From assembly GCA_963666285.1 (NCBI GenBank), contig OY762711.1: a stretch of 64,000 nt of DNA; one strand, written 5' to 3'. Origin of the DNA: Sedimentisphaerales bacterium. Lineage in GTDB: Bacteria > Planctomycetota > Phycisphaerae > Sedimentisphaerales > SM23-30. Under the pieces are notes generated by a model. That model searched no databases. It was not told the DNA's origin and saw only the letters and a program-made list of their open reading frames with translations. Positions 50,557-60,395 of the stretch are shown here, one piece after another (positions within the stretch are counted from its first letter, which is position 1; each line of letters starts with the position of its first letter). A program made the position numbers and the translations under genes.

Positions 50557-51021
50557 ATGACAAGTGCTGAAGACAGCAAAAATACTACAGTCGAAATTCT
50601 GATCGTTGACGACAACGCACAGAATGCTGAACTTCTTGAAGCATATTTGATCCCATTAGAAGCGAATGTCCGTATTGCTTACGACGGCATTGATGCCCTG
50701 GAAAAAATAGCCGAGGTAAAACCCGACCTTGTCCTGCTGGATGTCATGATGCCAAGGATGAGCGGCTTTGAAGTATGTACAAGGCTGAAAAATGATCCAT
50801 CCAATAAAGACATTATGATCGCTATGGTAACAGCCCTCCACGAAACCGGTGATATAGAGCGCGGCGTTGAGTGCGGTGCGGATGAATTCATACACAAACC
50901 GATCAACAAAACAGAGCTGCTTACAAGAGTAAAGGCCTTACTAAAAGTTAGAAGTTTGAGCAGCGACCTGGAACGTACCCTGGCTTACATGGAAGACCTG
51001 GAACAAAACAGAAGAAATTAA
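50557..51021 (+). CDS. Single-domain response regulator with short coiled-coil tail
   Basis: ILIVDD, LLDVMMP, MVTA, FIHKP. Confidence 0.92.
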   Translation: MTSAEDSKNTTVEILIVDDNAQNAELLEAYLIPLEANVRIAYDGIDALEKIAEVKPDLVLLDVMMPRMSGFEVCTRLKNDPSNKDIMIAMVTALHETGDIERGVECGADEFIHKPINKTELLTRVKALLKVRSLSSDLERTLAYMEDLEQNRRN

Positions 51022-51063
51022 AATTAACCTCCTTTTCAGTTTGTATTCAAACAGGAGATAAAT

Positions 51064-53727
51064 ATGAAGAAGACAGTCACATTCACTTTAGCACTGGCTT
51101 TTATAGTTGCCTTTTTAGGTTTTGATAGCAGCACAACTGCACAAGAAAACAATAAAAGCTGGACTGCAAAAGATTTTCGAATAATAGATGAACCAGGTGA
51201 AATTGTTGCCAAGCTTGGTAACGGGCTTACTGTTATTGTTAAAGAAAATCACTCTGCTCCTGTTGCTGCTGTAAGGGTACATGTAAAAGCAGGCAGTATC
51301 TATGAAGGTGAACACCTGGGTGCCGGTCTCAGCCATCTTTTTGAACACCTGCTGGCCGGCGGCACGACAAAAGACCTGACAGAAGCCCAGAGCAAAGAGA
51401 TAATAGAACAAACCGGCGCCAGGTTTAATGCATCTACAAGCAAAGGGGTAACTCAGTATTTTCTGACTGTCCCGTCCCGACACGTTGGGGTTGCTCTCAG
51501 CACACTTGCCAGCTGGGTAACCCGCCCCACCTTCCCGGAAAATGAATTCAGCAGAGAATGGGGAGTAGTGCAGAGAGAACTGGAAATGGATTCAACTGAT
51601 GTTGATAGAGAGCAATGGAAACTCCTGGATGAATTACGTTATATTGTCCACCCTGCCAAATACCCGGTAATCGGTCATCAGCAAATATTACAGGCCCTTA
51701 CCCGGCAGCAGATAATGGATTATTATAACACAATGTACATTCCCGACCATTGCGTTGTAGCAATTGTAGGCGATATTGACGCAGAAAAAATGCTCGAAGA
51801 GGTAAAGAAAGAATTTTCAGATTTCAACAGGCGTTTTGTCCCGACAATTAATCTGCCAGACGAACCGGAAGTAAGCTCACCAAGAAAAATATCCAAAGTA
51901 CTTCCCTTTATGCAGGGACCGGCCAGGCTTACTGTAGCGTTTCCTTCTATTGACATACTGCACCCGGACCTTTATGCACTTGATACGCTTGCCGGTATAA
52001 TCGGTGACGGTAAAAGCAGCAGGCTATACCAGAAGCTCAAAGAGGAGAAACAACTTGTAATAGGTATAGGCTCTTATAATTATACCCCTGACTATGCTGA
52101 CGGCACTTTTGCAATTCAATGTGCTCTGGACCAGAACAACATCGACCCTGCAATTGCTGAAATCTGGAATGTCATCAATAGTATAAAAAGTAACGGAATC
52201 AGTGAAGAAGAGCTAAACAGGACAAAGAAACAGCTCCAGGTATCGCATATTCGAAGCCACCAGACAGCCGAACAGATTGCATCGACAATGGCAAATGACT
52301 ATCTCTCAACCGGTGATGCAAAATTTTCTGATCATTATGTTGAAAATATGCAGAAAGTCACCGCTGCTCAAGTTCAGGAGATGGCCAATAAATATTTCAA
52401 CTCACAAAAACAGCTCACCCTGATCCTAACCGGTACACCGCTCAAGAAAAATAATGAAAACAAAGCCCAGGCCGGTAAACAATCTGCAATCAAGAAAATT
52501 GTGCTGGACAATGGCCTGAGAGTACTGCTTAAACGTGACCCTACCACCCCGCTGGTAAACATGAGGTTTATGACTAAAGGCGGTCTTCTGGAAGAGACAG
52601 ATGCCAACAACGGGATTACCGATATGGCTGTTTCGCTGGCAGTTAAAGGTACAGAATCTTTTGCGAATAATGATATCGTCAATTATTTCGACAACGTGGG
52701 TGGCTATGTAAACGCAGAATGCGGTAATAATACCTTTGGTTTCTCAGCTGAAGTAATGAATTCAGACTTTGACAAATCATTTGACATTTTTTCAGAAATA
52801 GTGCTAAAGCCTACATTCCCTGAAGAACAGCTGGCAAAACTGAAACCGGAAAAACTTGCAGTTATTTCCGAGGTCAAAAACAGCTGGCAGCAAGAGGCGG
52901 CACGACATTTCAGATCAAGTTTCTTCACAAACAATCCATACAAACGTTCTAAATACGGAACAGAAGAAACGATAAACAGTTTAACCCAAAACATACTCTC
53001 CGAGCATTACAAAACTTCGCTACAGGCAAAACGTTCTGTTATAGCGGTCTTCGGCGATATAGATATGAAAAAGGTGGAAGATCTTATCCGGGCGAAATTT
53101 GCCGGGCTCCCGGCCGGTTCAGAAATAGACCTGGAGAAATTTGCTGCCGACACCTACGATCAAAGACGTGTAATTGTGCAAAAGACCGAGAAAAACGGTT
53201 CTACCGTAGTTATAGGCGTTCCAGGCATGAGACTAATCGATACAACCGAAGTTTACCCGATGGAAATTCTTAACCAGATCATGGGCAGCTATACCGGCTG
53301 GCTGTTTAACATACTGAGAGGCAAGTCGCTGGTATATTATGCCTACTCTAATGACTTCAGGGGATATATGCCGGGCTATGTTATGGCTACCGCTCAGTGC
53401 GAAGCAGAAAAAGCTCCTGAAGTTATCAGTATAATCGAACAGCAGCTAAATAAAGCAGCTAAAGGTGAAATTACTGATGAAGAGATATCAGATGCTAAAA
53501 GCAACCTGGTAAATTCCGAAGTTTTCAAAAAGCTGACTGTTTCTGCCGCTACTATGAACGCAGCAATTGACGAGCTGTATTTCAATGACTGTAACTATTC
53601 CAGCGGCAACCCGGACAGATATATGGCTGTTACACCGGACCAGGTAAGAAATGTTGCAAAGAAATATTTCAGTCAGCCAAGAACAATTACAGTTAATACT
53701 TCAAAGCCTGAATTGATAGCCAAATAA
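51064..53727 (+). CDS. M16 family zinc peptidase (pitrilysin/PqqL-like), secreted
   Basis: Signal peptide; LGNGL, GLSHLFEH (HxxEH); duplicated inactive C-terminal half starting LDNGL. Confidence 0.92.
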   Translation: MKKTVTFTLALAFIVAFLGFDSSTTAQENNKSWTAKDFRIIDEPGEIVAKLGNGLTVIVKENHSAPVAAVRVHVKAGSIYEGEHLGAGLSHLFEHLLAGGTTKDLTEAQSKEIIEQTGARFNASTSKGVTQYFLTVPSRHVGVALSTLASWVTRPTFPENEFSREWGVVQRELEMDSTDVDREQWKLLDELRYIVHPAKYPVIGHQQILQALTRQQIMDYYNTMYIPDHCVVAIVGDIDAEKMLEEVKKEFSDFNRRFVPTINLPDEPEVSSPRKISKVLPFMQGPARLTVAFPSIDILHPDLYALDTLAGIIGDGKSSRLYQKLKEEKQLVIGIGSYNYTPDYADGTFAIQCALDQNNIDPAIAEIWNVINSIKSNGISEEELNRTKKQLQVSHIRSHQTAEQIASTMANDYLSTGDAKFSDHYVENMQKVTAAQVQEMANKYFNSQKQLTLILTGTPLKKNNENKAQAGKQSAIKKIVLDNGLRVLLKRDPTTPLVNMRFMTKGGLLEETDANNGITDMAVSLAVKGTESFANNDIVNYFDNVGGYVNAECGNNTFGFSAEVMNSDFDKSFDIFSEIVLKPTFPEEQLAKLKPEKLAVISEVKNSWQQEAARHFRSSFFTNNPYKRSKYGTEETINSLTQNILSEHYKTSLQAKRSVIAVFGDIDMKKVEDLIRAKFAGLPAGSEIDLEKFAADTYDQRRVIVQKTEKNGSTVVIGVPGMRLIDTTEVYPMEILNQIMGSYTGWLFNILRGKSLVYYAYSNDFRGYMPGYVMATAQCEAEKAPEVISIIEQQLNKAAKGEITDEEISDAKSNLVNSEVFKKLTVSAATMNAAIDELYFNDCNYSSGNPDRYMAVTPDQVRNVAKKYFSQPRTITVNTSKPELIAK

Positions 53728-53783
53728 AGAGTGCGTGCTTTTAGAGTATAGATAATGAAAGCTGATAGAATTGCAGGCCCGGC

Positions 53784-55496
53784 TTAGCCCAGCAACAGAA
53801 TACTATCAACACTAATAGATGAATTGATTACCGGATCCTGGTTGTTTCTGCCTGTACCGGTTTCAAAATTGATATTCAGGTCAGCATAATTATATGCTTC
53901 CAGGAGACTGACAAAGCCGTTGTCATTACTGTCAGCATTTCCTGATAAGATACCATATTCTATCCAGTTGGCAAATATACCCCCACCGCGATATTCTACC
54001 GATGGATAATACGCTCTTACCTCATCCCAGGCATACTGGTCGTGTCCGGCAGACCCAATGTATAAGGTATTTGAAACGTTATCTGCTAACTCTGCCAGGC
54101 CGCCGGCAAAACAGCTGTCAATCATCACAACTTTATTGGCATCTGTATCAATCTGATTCAACCAGTTTTCCAGATCATCCTGATAGACAACATAATTGTC
54201 CGGCAGCAACAGACCTTCATTGTCATTTACATATGTACTGCGACCGGCATAGCCATGGCCGGAATAATAAACGAAAACATAGTCATTTGGGCCCGCATTT
54301 TCAGCCAGCCATTCAAAACCACGATCCATTGCATCGTAGTCTACGGTTTCTTCACTGGTTATCTGGTAAACATTTTCCTGTGGTACAGAATAATAATCAG
54401 TAAATACTTCACTTATCAGCTGGGCATCAACTATCGGCCCGTCAAGATCATTGATTGAGCCGTTATAATCAGAAATAGTAATCGATAGCAGCCATCCGGT
54501 TGCATCTGAATCTTCGTCAAATACTCCCTGGATATTACTTCCACTTGAATCATCCGAAGAAACTCCTGAATCTGACTCAGAACCGGTATCACCTGTATCG
54601 ACAGTACTTTCATCTTCGGACACTACATCAAGATTGTCTATTGTCAGAACATATGTGCCAAGGCTTCTTTTCCAGCCGTTGGTTTTTATGTAAATTACAT
54701 CGCCCTGTTCGGCAGATATTTCTACTGAAGAATCGGAATTGCTGCTGTCAATATCATCATTTTTGGCAATCTGTTTTCGATTTACATCGTAGACAGAAAC
54801 TATACTGTCAAGTGGAGAACCTTCTGCTGATACAGTTATAGAGTAACTTGCAGTTTCCGGGACAGTAAAAGTAAAGTAATCTTTGTCTTTGGCTGGGTAA
54901 ATACCCGCTTCAATACTTACATTTCCATACTCATCAGATAATTCATCAATATTATATGCTGTCTTTATTTTATTGGAATAATCAGAATCTTCCCATAGGG
55001 GTTCGCCTTCTTCAGGAGATTCGATTGTAATTCTGTAACTGCCGATACTATCTTTATAGCCGTCTGCTTTAACATAATAGTTCAGACCGCTTTCTACATA
55101 AAATTCTACCTGAGAATTTGTATCACGATAATAAACATCATCATTTGATGCAATTTTTTTACCGGTAGAATCATACGCGAATAGCATAGAATCAAGAGAA
55201 CTGCCTCGACCGCTATCAGCTGCTTCCATCGAAATAGATAGCAGACCGGAACGATCAGCTGTAAAGACATAGCAGTCTTTATCGTTGCGATAATCTATCT
55301 CACTTTCAATTACAGTGAGCCCAGAGTCATCCAACTCAAAAGCCGTACTCCTCTTAACAGCAGAAGAAGGATCTTCATCAAATACAAGTGTAGAAAGTAA
55401 TACACGACTTTCAAGCGTTTCAAACGAAAGGCGACCACTTGATATTTCACTTGATGAAATACCTTTAAGTTTTCTCTTTTTACCTCCAAATATCAT
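53784..55496 (-). CDS. Metacaspase (peptidase C14) with two PPC-like domains and planctomycete LEPR-xLL N-terminal motif
   Basis: LSFETLESRVLLS; two DKDxY/FxF...LDS...NDD PPC-like repeats; YYSGHG and IDSCFAG catalytic dyad. Confidence 0.85.
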   Translation of the reverse strand: MIFGGKKRKLKGISSSEISSGRLSFETLESRVLLSTLVFDEDPSSAVKRSTAFELDDSGLTVIESEIDYRNDKDCYVFTADRSGLLSISMEAADSGRGSSLDSMLFAYDSTGKKIASNDDVYYRDTNSQVEFYVESGLNYYVKADGYKDSIGSYRITIESPEEGEPLWEDSDYSNKIKTAYNIDELSDEYGNVSIEAGIYPAKDKDYFTFTVPETASYSITVSAEGSPLDSIVSVYDVNRKQIAKNDDIDSSNSDSSVEISAEQGDVIYIKTNGWKRSLGTYVLTIDNLDVVSEDESTVDTGDTGSESDSGVSSDDSSGSNIQGVFDEDSDATGWLLSITISDYNGSINDLDGPIVDAQLISEVFTDYYSVPQENVYQITSEETVDYDAMDRGFEWLAENAGPNDYVFVYYSGHGYAGRSTYVNDNEGLLLPDNYVVYQDDLENWLNQIDTDANKVVMIDSCFAGGLAELADNVSNTLYIGSAGHDQYAWDEVRAYYPSVEYRGGGIFANWIEYGILSGNADSNDNGFVSLLEAYNYADLNINFETGTGRNNQDPVINSSISVDSILLLG

Positions 55497-55744
55497 ACAA
55501 CTGCCCTTGAATATTAGCAGAAAAGTTTTCTCTTATTGCTGTATTGTCCAGAAAGAATTGGACACAACGATTTACTACTAATAACCTTAGATGATTATTA
55601 ACTTTTGTATTATAGCCTATTAATCTCATAATAAATAACAAAAATTATATTTTTTCCAGTCTTTCGCTTTGGGCCCACCAGAGTTGTGGTACTTAGTAAC
55701 GATTAAACAACTTTTAACGATAATGCCACCGCATTACAATTGTT

Positions 55745-55771
55745 CTTTCGACTGTTACCCGCCCCCATTTA
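55745..55771 (-). promoter_or_regulatory. Putative sigma-28 promoter of the metacaspase gene
   Basis: TAAA-N15-GTCGAAAG on the minus strand. Confidence 0.4.
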
Positions 55772-55988
55772 AGAAGATATGAAAAAAAGATAATAAAAAA
55801 TTCAAAATATTATAACGAAATGAAATAGTTGCCCACTGTCAATACTGATAAATGCGTTTAACTGGCAATAATAAAGCGAAATTAAAGATAATATAAATCT
55901 ATTTATTAAAGACATTTAAGTTATATGGACCTATATTTGCAATTAACCGGAAAATTGAACGCTGATTATCCCAGGTTAGAAAATATAC

Positions 55989-56074
55989 ACAGTTATGATT
56001 TTGCCCGATCGCTCGGAAGGCAAATAATGACAATGTAATCATATATACCAAACTCTAACGGCAGTTTTAACCGT
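55989..56074 (-). ncRNA. Candidate structured RNA/repeat element, copy 2 (unknown family)
   Basis: Homologous to 47046-47130 with compensatory changes. Confidence 0.5.
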
Positions 56075-56135
56075 TATGGTTTTATAACGAAATTCCCCTA
56101 AAAATCTGCCACTGGTAGCACCATTTATCAATGGC

Positions 56136-56175
56136 AAAAAAATACTAAAAGCGACTGTTTTGACGCTTTTAGTAT
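56136..56175 (-). terminator. Rho-independent terminator of the sulfatase operon
   Basis: atactaaaagcg...cgcttttagtat with a T-run on the minus strand. Confidence 0.75.
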
Positions 56176-56232
56176 CGATTCGCTATCCACACCCCACTAT
56201 AGTGCGCAAATTCATGTCTGCTTGTTGGCTAA

Positions 56233-57777
56233 TTATCCTCTGGCTCCACGCAATATCACCCTGTTACCATCGGTCCAGTTATCTCGGTACCATGTAGAAA
56301 GCTTATTCTCATCCGATATAGAAGCCATTTTGGCCGCCATCTTATCCCGCATTGACTGCAAAGTTACGGCATAAGCGGAATCATCGGCCAGATTATTCAT
56401 CTGGAACGGGTCGTTTATATTATCGAACAGCAGCTCGGAATCATCAACATGATATCTTGCATAGGTAAACTGTTTGCCCCTGATTGCCCGCCACTCATAG
56501 CCGTTTTCCCAGCTGGCACAAGCTCCTGTATTCTGCAGAAATGCAAATTCCGGCTCAGTTCCATCTTTTCCTAAAGCTATGTGACTCAAATCATCACCCT
56601 CAACCCTGGGCGGCTTTGGCAAACCCATCATCCCCAGCAGCGTAGGCATAAAATCAACAGTGGAAATACAAGCATCAGATTCTATTCCATCAGACGGAGT
56701 ATGCCCCGGCCATCTAACCAGAAACGGTATACGGGCAGCTTCTTCATAGAAAGTATTCTTGGCACCTCGTCCCTGCGAACCAAACATCTCGCCATGGTCT
56801 GATGAAAAGACAACAATTGTATTATCCGCCAAACCGCTTTCTTCCAGGTAATCGATAATACGACCGAAATTCCAATCCATATTCTCAGTCATTGCATAGT
56901 AAATACGGCGTACCTGCTCCAGATTGGCTCTGGAAGCGGCACTCATGTCAGACCAGGCATCAGAGTACGGCTCATCATTATCCGCCTTATAATTGGGCGG
57001 ATTCGGTAGACTGATATCAGCAAATCTGTCCAGGTATTCTTCCGGAACATTTCCTGTATTCCATGGCGCATGAGGTGTACCGTATGATAGAAACATGGCA
57101 AATGGTCTTGATGACTTGCCACCCCTGCACTTTAACCATTTCAGAGCCATATCTGTCTGGGCGTCCGGCTCATAGGCATTATTATCATAATGGATCTTCT
57201 CTGTTGATTCGGTGTGGTAAAAAGCATTTTCACCGTAATACTCATGGCGGTAATTATATGCGGCCCAATAACCATTAAAACCTAAACGATGAATTCCCCT
57301 CGGAATATATGAATTTTTCGGGTCAAAATGATTACCCAGTTCATTGGCATATAAATGCCACTTGCCAATATATGCGGTATTATACTCTGCTCTGGTTAAT
57401 ACATGACCGATACACTCATGGTACGGGTTCATTCTAAGTTCGTTTATAACCACACCGAGAGTTGTAATATATTTGCCGGTAAACAGACTGGCACGATACG
57501 CCGAACAAACCGGTGTGTTCGATACACAATTCTTGAAGTTTACACTTTGAGCCGCAAACTTATCGACATTCGGAGTTGCTGCATGTTCGGCATTAGGGTA
57601 ATTCTGACCATTCCAGTATTTTGCATAACCGCAATTGTTAGTTCCAAGCTGATCGGCAAAGATATATATCAGGTTTGGTTTACTTTCAGGTTCGGCTCCG
57701 GATACTGACGACAAGCCGCCAAGGGTCAACGCTGCTGAAGCCAGACCGGCACTTTTCATAAATGTTCGACGATTCAT
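56233..57777 (-). CDS. Sulfatase (S1 family), Tat-exported
   Basis: MNRRTFMK, KPNLIYIFADQ, CSAYR (CxAxR), GKWH, PH, SSDHG. Confidence 0.95.
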   Translation of the reverse strand: MNRRTFMKSAGLASAALTLGGLSSVSGAEPESKPNLIYIFADQLGTNNCGYAKYWNGQNYPNAEHAATPNVDKFAAQSVNFKNCVSNTPVCSAYRASLFTGKYITTLGVVINELRMNPYHECIGHVLTRAEYNTAYIGKWHLYANELGNHFDPKNSYIPRGIHRLGFNGYWAAYNYRHEYYGENAFYHTESTEKIHYDNNAYEPDAQTDMALKWLKCRGGKSSRPFAMFLSYGTPHAPWNTGNVPEEYLDRFADISLPNPPNYKADNDEPYSDAWSDMSAASRANLEQVRRIYYAMTENMDWNFGRIIDYLEESGLADNTIVVFSSDHGEMFGSQGRGAKNTFYEEAARIPFLVRWPGHTPSDGIESDACISTVDFMPTLLGMMGLPKPPRVEGDDLSHIALGKDGTEPEFAFLQNTGACASWENGYEWRAIRGKQFTYARYHVDDSELLFDNINDPFQMNNLADDSAYAVTLQSMRDKMAAKMASISDENKLSTWYRDNWTDGNRVILRGARG

Positions 57778-57830
57778 TATATAATATCTCCAGTAATTAA
57801 CAGGGATAGATTTAGCGGTTTATCAGGATA

Positions 57831-59108
57831 TTAAAACTGACAATCAGGATCGGGGTTACTGCATTCAATCCATTCGAGGGCAAAGAAAGCAAAATCTCTC
57901 ATGTCCACAACACAATCCAGATTTACGTCTGCATAGCTGAAACCGTGACTGCCGCAATCATTATCTTCGATATATACTTCTATATCGTTAAGTGATATAC
58001 CGTAATATGGTGATGTATCGGATGCTGCAACGGCAAAGCTTAGCCTGGTATCGTGTGTCGGCCTTTCAAAAAATACATCATCAATCGCACTTACTGTTAT
58101 CTCAACAGCATTCTGCCAGTTTGAAGAGTTAAATGTAACTACTGCGGGAGTAATTTCAACCTGATCCGGTGACAGATAGTCTGAAATAGTAATTTCAACA
58201 GGAGCATTACCCGGGTCTGAAGTGATACTAATATTAAAAGATGCTGGATGACCATCTTCGGTAACATTCATATCACCGGAAGTCTCAACGGCAATAGCAG
58301 CCGAAGTAAATGCCAATGCATATTTCTGGCTCAAATATGTACCTGTCTGGTTCATCTCCGCCATAGACAGCTGTTTATTATAAACCAGGATTTCCGCAAT
58401 ATAACCATCATAATAATCAGGATACCAGGTACTGCCCGGTGCCATACCGTTTCCTATTGAAATATGATTTCCCGCGGCATCAAACACTATTGTATTGCCG
58501 GGATTATTGGCAGATACGCTCTCAGCCTCCAGGCCGTTTACCGCGTAAAACAGGCTGCCGTGTCCGCCATTCTGTGCCATCTGCCTGACACCGATATGAT
58601 ACTGCCCCGCTGTCAGTGGATTATTACTACCCGTAGCTAAAGCATAACCGTTATTATACCGGCAGCCTGAGCCGGAAGAACTGGTGGAAGTATCGACAGC
58701 TATCATTTTTGATGCCGTACCGGCAGCTGAACCAATCTGAACAGCCCGCTCAACCCCGGCCCCATCACCTCCGCCTGTACAAACAATAAATACCGTTAAT
58801 CCGGCAGAAGGATCCGGCAGATTCCATGTACCGGAAACCAGAGAATCTTCTTCCGAACGGATAAATCTAACTGCCGGAAGATTATTTATACTACTTGAAA
58901 CATAAACCGGGCTGCCATACCCGGCAGTGGCAACTGAACCATCAACAGAATCAGATACAGCTGAATCAGTCCAGGCTGCCACTGTCTGACCGTCAGTCAA
59001 ACCTGACAGGGAATCGGCTTCCAGATGAATTATTAATCCATCTGATACCGGATCTGCTGCAAAAGCAAAACTCGATAAAATCAATAAAAACATACTGAAA
59101 TATTTCAT
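57831..59108 (-). CDS. Secreted LamG/ConA-like protein with Calx-beta-like domain and dockerin-like tag
   Basis: Signal peptide MKYFSMFLL; GLIIHLEAD...YDGYIAEILVYNKQLS; FNSSNW...AIDD; ADVNLDCVVDMRDFAFFALEW. Confidence 0.75.
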   Translation of the reverse strand: MKYFSMFLLILSSFAFAADPVSDGLIIHLEADSLSGLTDGQTVAAWTDSAVSDSVDGSVATAGYGSPVYVSSSINNLPAVRFIRSEEDSLVSGTWNLPDPSAGLTVFIVCTGGGDGAGVERAVQIGSAAGTASKMIAVDTSTSSSGSGCRYNNGYALATGSNNPLTAGQYHIGVRQMAQNGGHGSLFYAVNGLEAESVSANNPGNTIVFDAAGNHISIGNGMAPGSTWYPDYYDGYIAEILVYNKQLSMAEMNQTGTYLSQKYALAFTSAAIAVETSGDMNVTEDGHPASFNISITSDPGNAPVEITISDYLSPDQVEITPAVVTFNSSNWQNAVEITVSAIDDVFFERPTHDTRLSFAVAASDTSPYYGISLNDIEVYIEDNDCGSHGFSYADVNLDCVVDMRDFAFFALEWIECSNPDPDCQF

Positions 59109-59136
59109 TTCCATTTCCATTCTACTTCTTTGTATT

Positions 59137-60354
59137 TTATAACTCATCCATCCATTCCAGTGCAAACAGGTATAAATCCTGGATATCTACCTGGCAATCA
59201 TTATTAAAATCGCCTTCGGTATAACCGGCCCATGTGCCGCAATCATTTTCGAGAATCTCTATTGTCACAGGTTCAATTTCAAAACCATAATATTGAGACT
59301 CTATATCAGTTATTACTTCAATATTATAAATAGTCTCATGATAACGAGCCTCTCTCAAGCTGTCATCCACAGCTGAAACATTTACGTTCCAGGTTGACTC
59401 CCAGTTACTTGTATCAAAAGTATATTCAACCTGGGCAGGTGTCAGCTGTGTTGAATCATCGGCAGTAAACCTAACCGTTACAGGATAGCTTCCCGGATTA
59501 TCGGATAAAGTAATCGATACGCTATCGGTATAACCGCCCTCCTGTACATCAACTTCTGTCTTGGAAACAACAATACTGTATGGCTCAACATTTTCGGGAG
59601 CGGGTATGGCAAAAATCTGCCCCCTGACCGCTTCTCCTGAAACTCCGGTAAAACCTGTTACCAGGTAGGCATCCAGTAAAGGATTACTGACACTAATAGA
59701 ATTTGTCATACCGCCCAGCCAGCCCGGATCTGTAGGAACCGGTGCAAGAAAGGTAACAGATTCGTTACCGGATAAATTAGCTGTCCCGCTGGTACCCGTT
59801 ATACCAACAGAACCATATTCACCATTCAATGCATAAGTCAGTACACCATTAATTGCATCAAGAGAGGCAAAAACCTCGGTAGCTGTGCCTTCCTGAACGA
59901 CTCCTAATGTAACGGCTGCCGCATTATCACTTACATCTGTATCATTAAGATCGGTTTGAACATAACTGTTTCCACTTACGCCGCTGGAACCTTTGGTAGC
60001 GAATACGATATTGCTGCTGCAGATATAAAGACCACTGCCGTAAGATGTCCCGCCGCATTCCAGTATAACCACTGCCCCTGAATCTGACGCTGACAGATCC
60101 TGCGAAGATGCTGTAAACCTGGCAGCAAAGGTAATATATCCCCCGGTTTCCCCTTCTATCGCCGGTATGGAGTCTGAACCATTATATAAAGCTGACTGGT
60201 CAAAAACTGCCGCCGAATCATCAATACCGGGAATGATATCTCCGGCATTGACCACCGCAGTTAAAAACAGCAGAGGCAGCAAGGCAAGAAACCTATACTT
60301 TTCTCTTTTACATACATTGCCAATTCTCACAAAAATAGGATTGAGACGGATCAA
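59137..60354 (-). CDS. Secreted protein: unknown N-terminal domain, Calx-beta-like domain and dockerin-like tag
   Basis: TTG start after GAGG; hydrophobic leader; FDTSNW...AVDD; GDFNNDCQVDIQDLYLFALEW. Confidence 0.7.
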   Translation of the reverse strand: MIRLNPIFVRIGNVCKREKYRFLALLPLLFLTAVVNAGDIIPGIDDSAAVFDQSALYNGSDSIPAIEGETGGYITFAARFTASSQDLSASDSGAVVILECGGTSYGSGLYICSSNIVFATKGSSGVSGNSYVQTDLNDTDVSDNAAAVTLGVVQEGTATEVFASLDAINGVLTYALNGEYGSVGITGTSGTANLSGNESVTFLAPVPTDPGWLGGMTNSISVSNPLLDAYLVTGFTGVSGEAVRGQIFAIPAPENVEPYSIVVSKTEVDVQEGGYTDSVSITLSDNPGSYPVTVRFTADDSTQLTPAQVEYTFDTSNWESTWNVNVSAVDDSLREARYHETIYNIEVITDIESQYYGFEIEPVTIEILENDCGTWAGYTEGDFNNDCQVDIQDLYLFALEWMDEL

Positions 60355-60395
60355 TCCGCCTCAATCCAACTACATATAAGTAATTATAATTTTAG

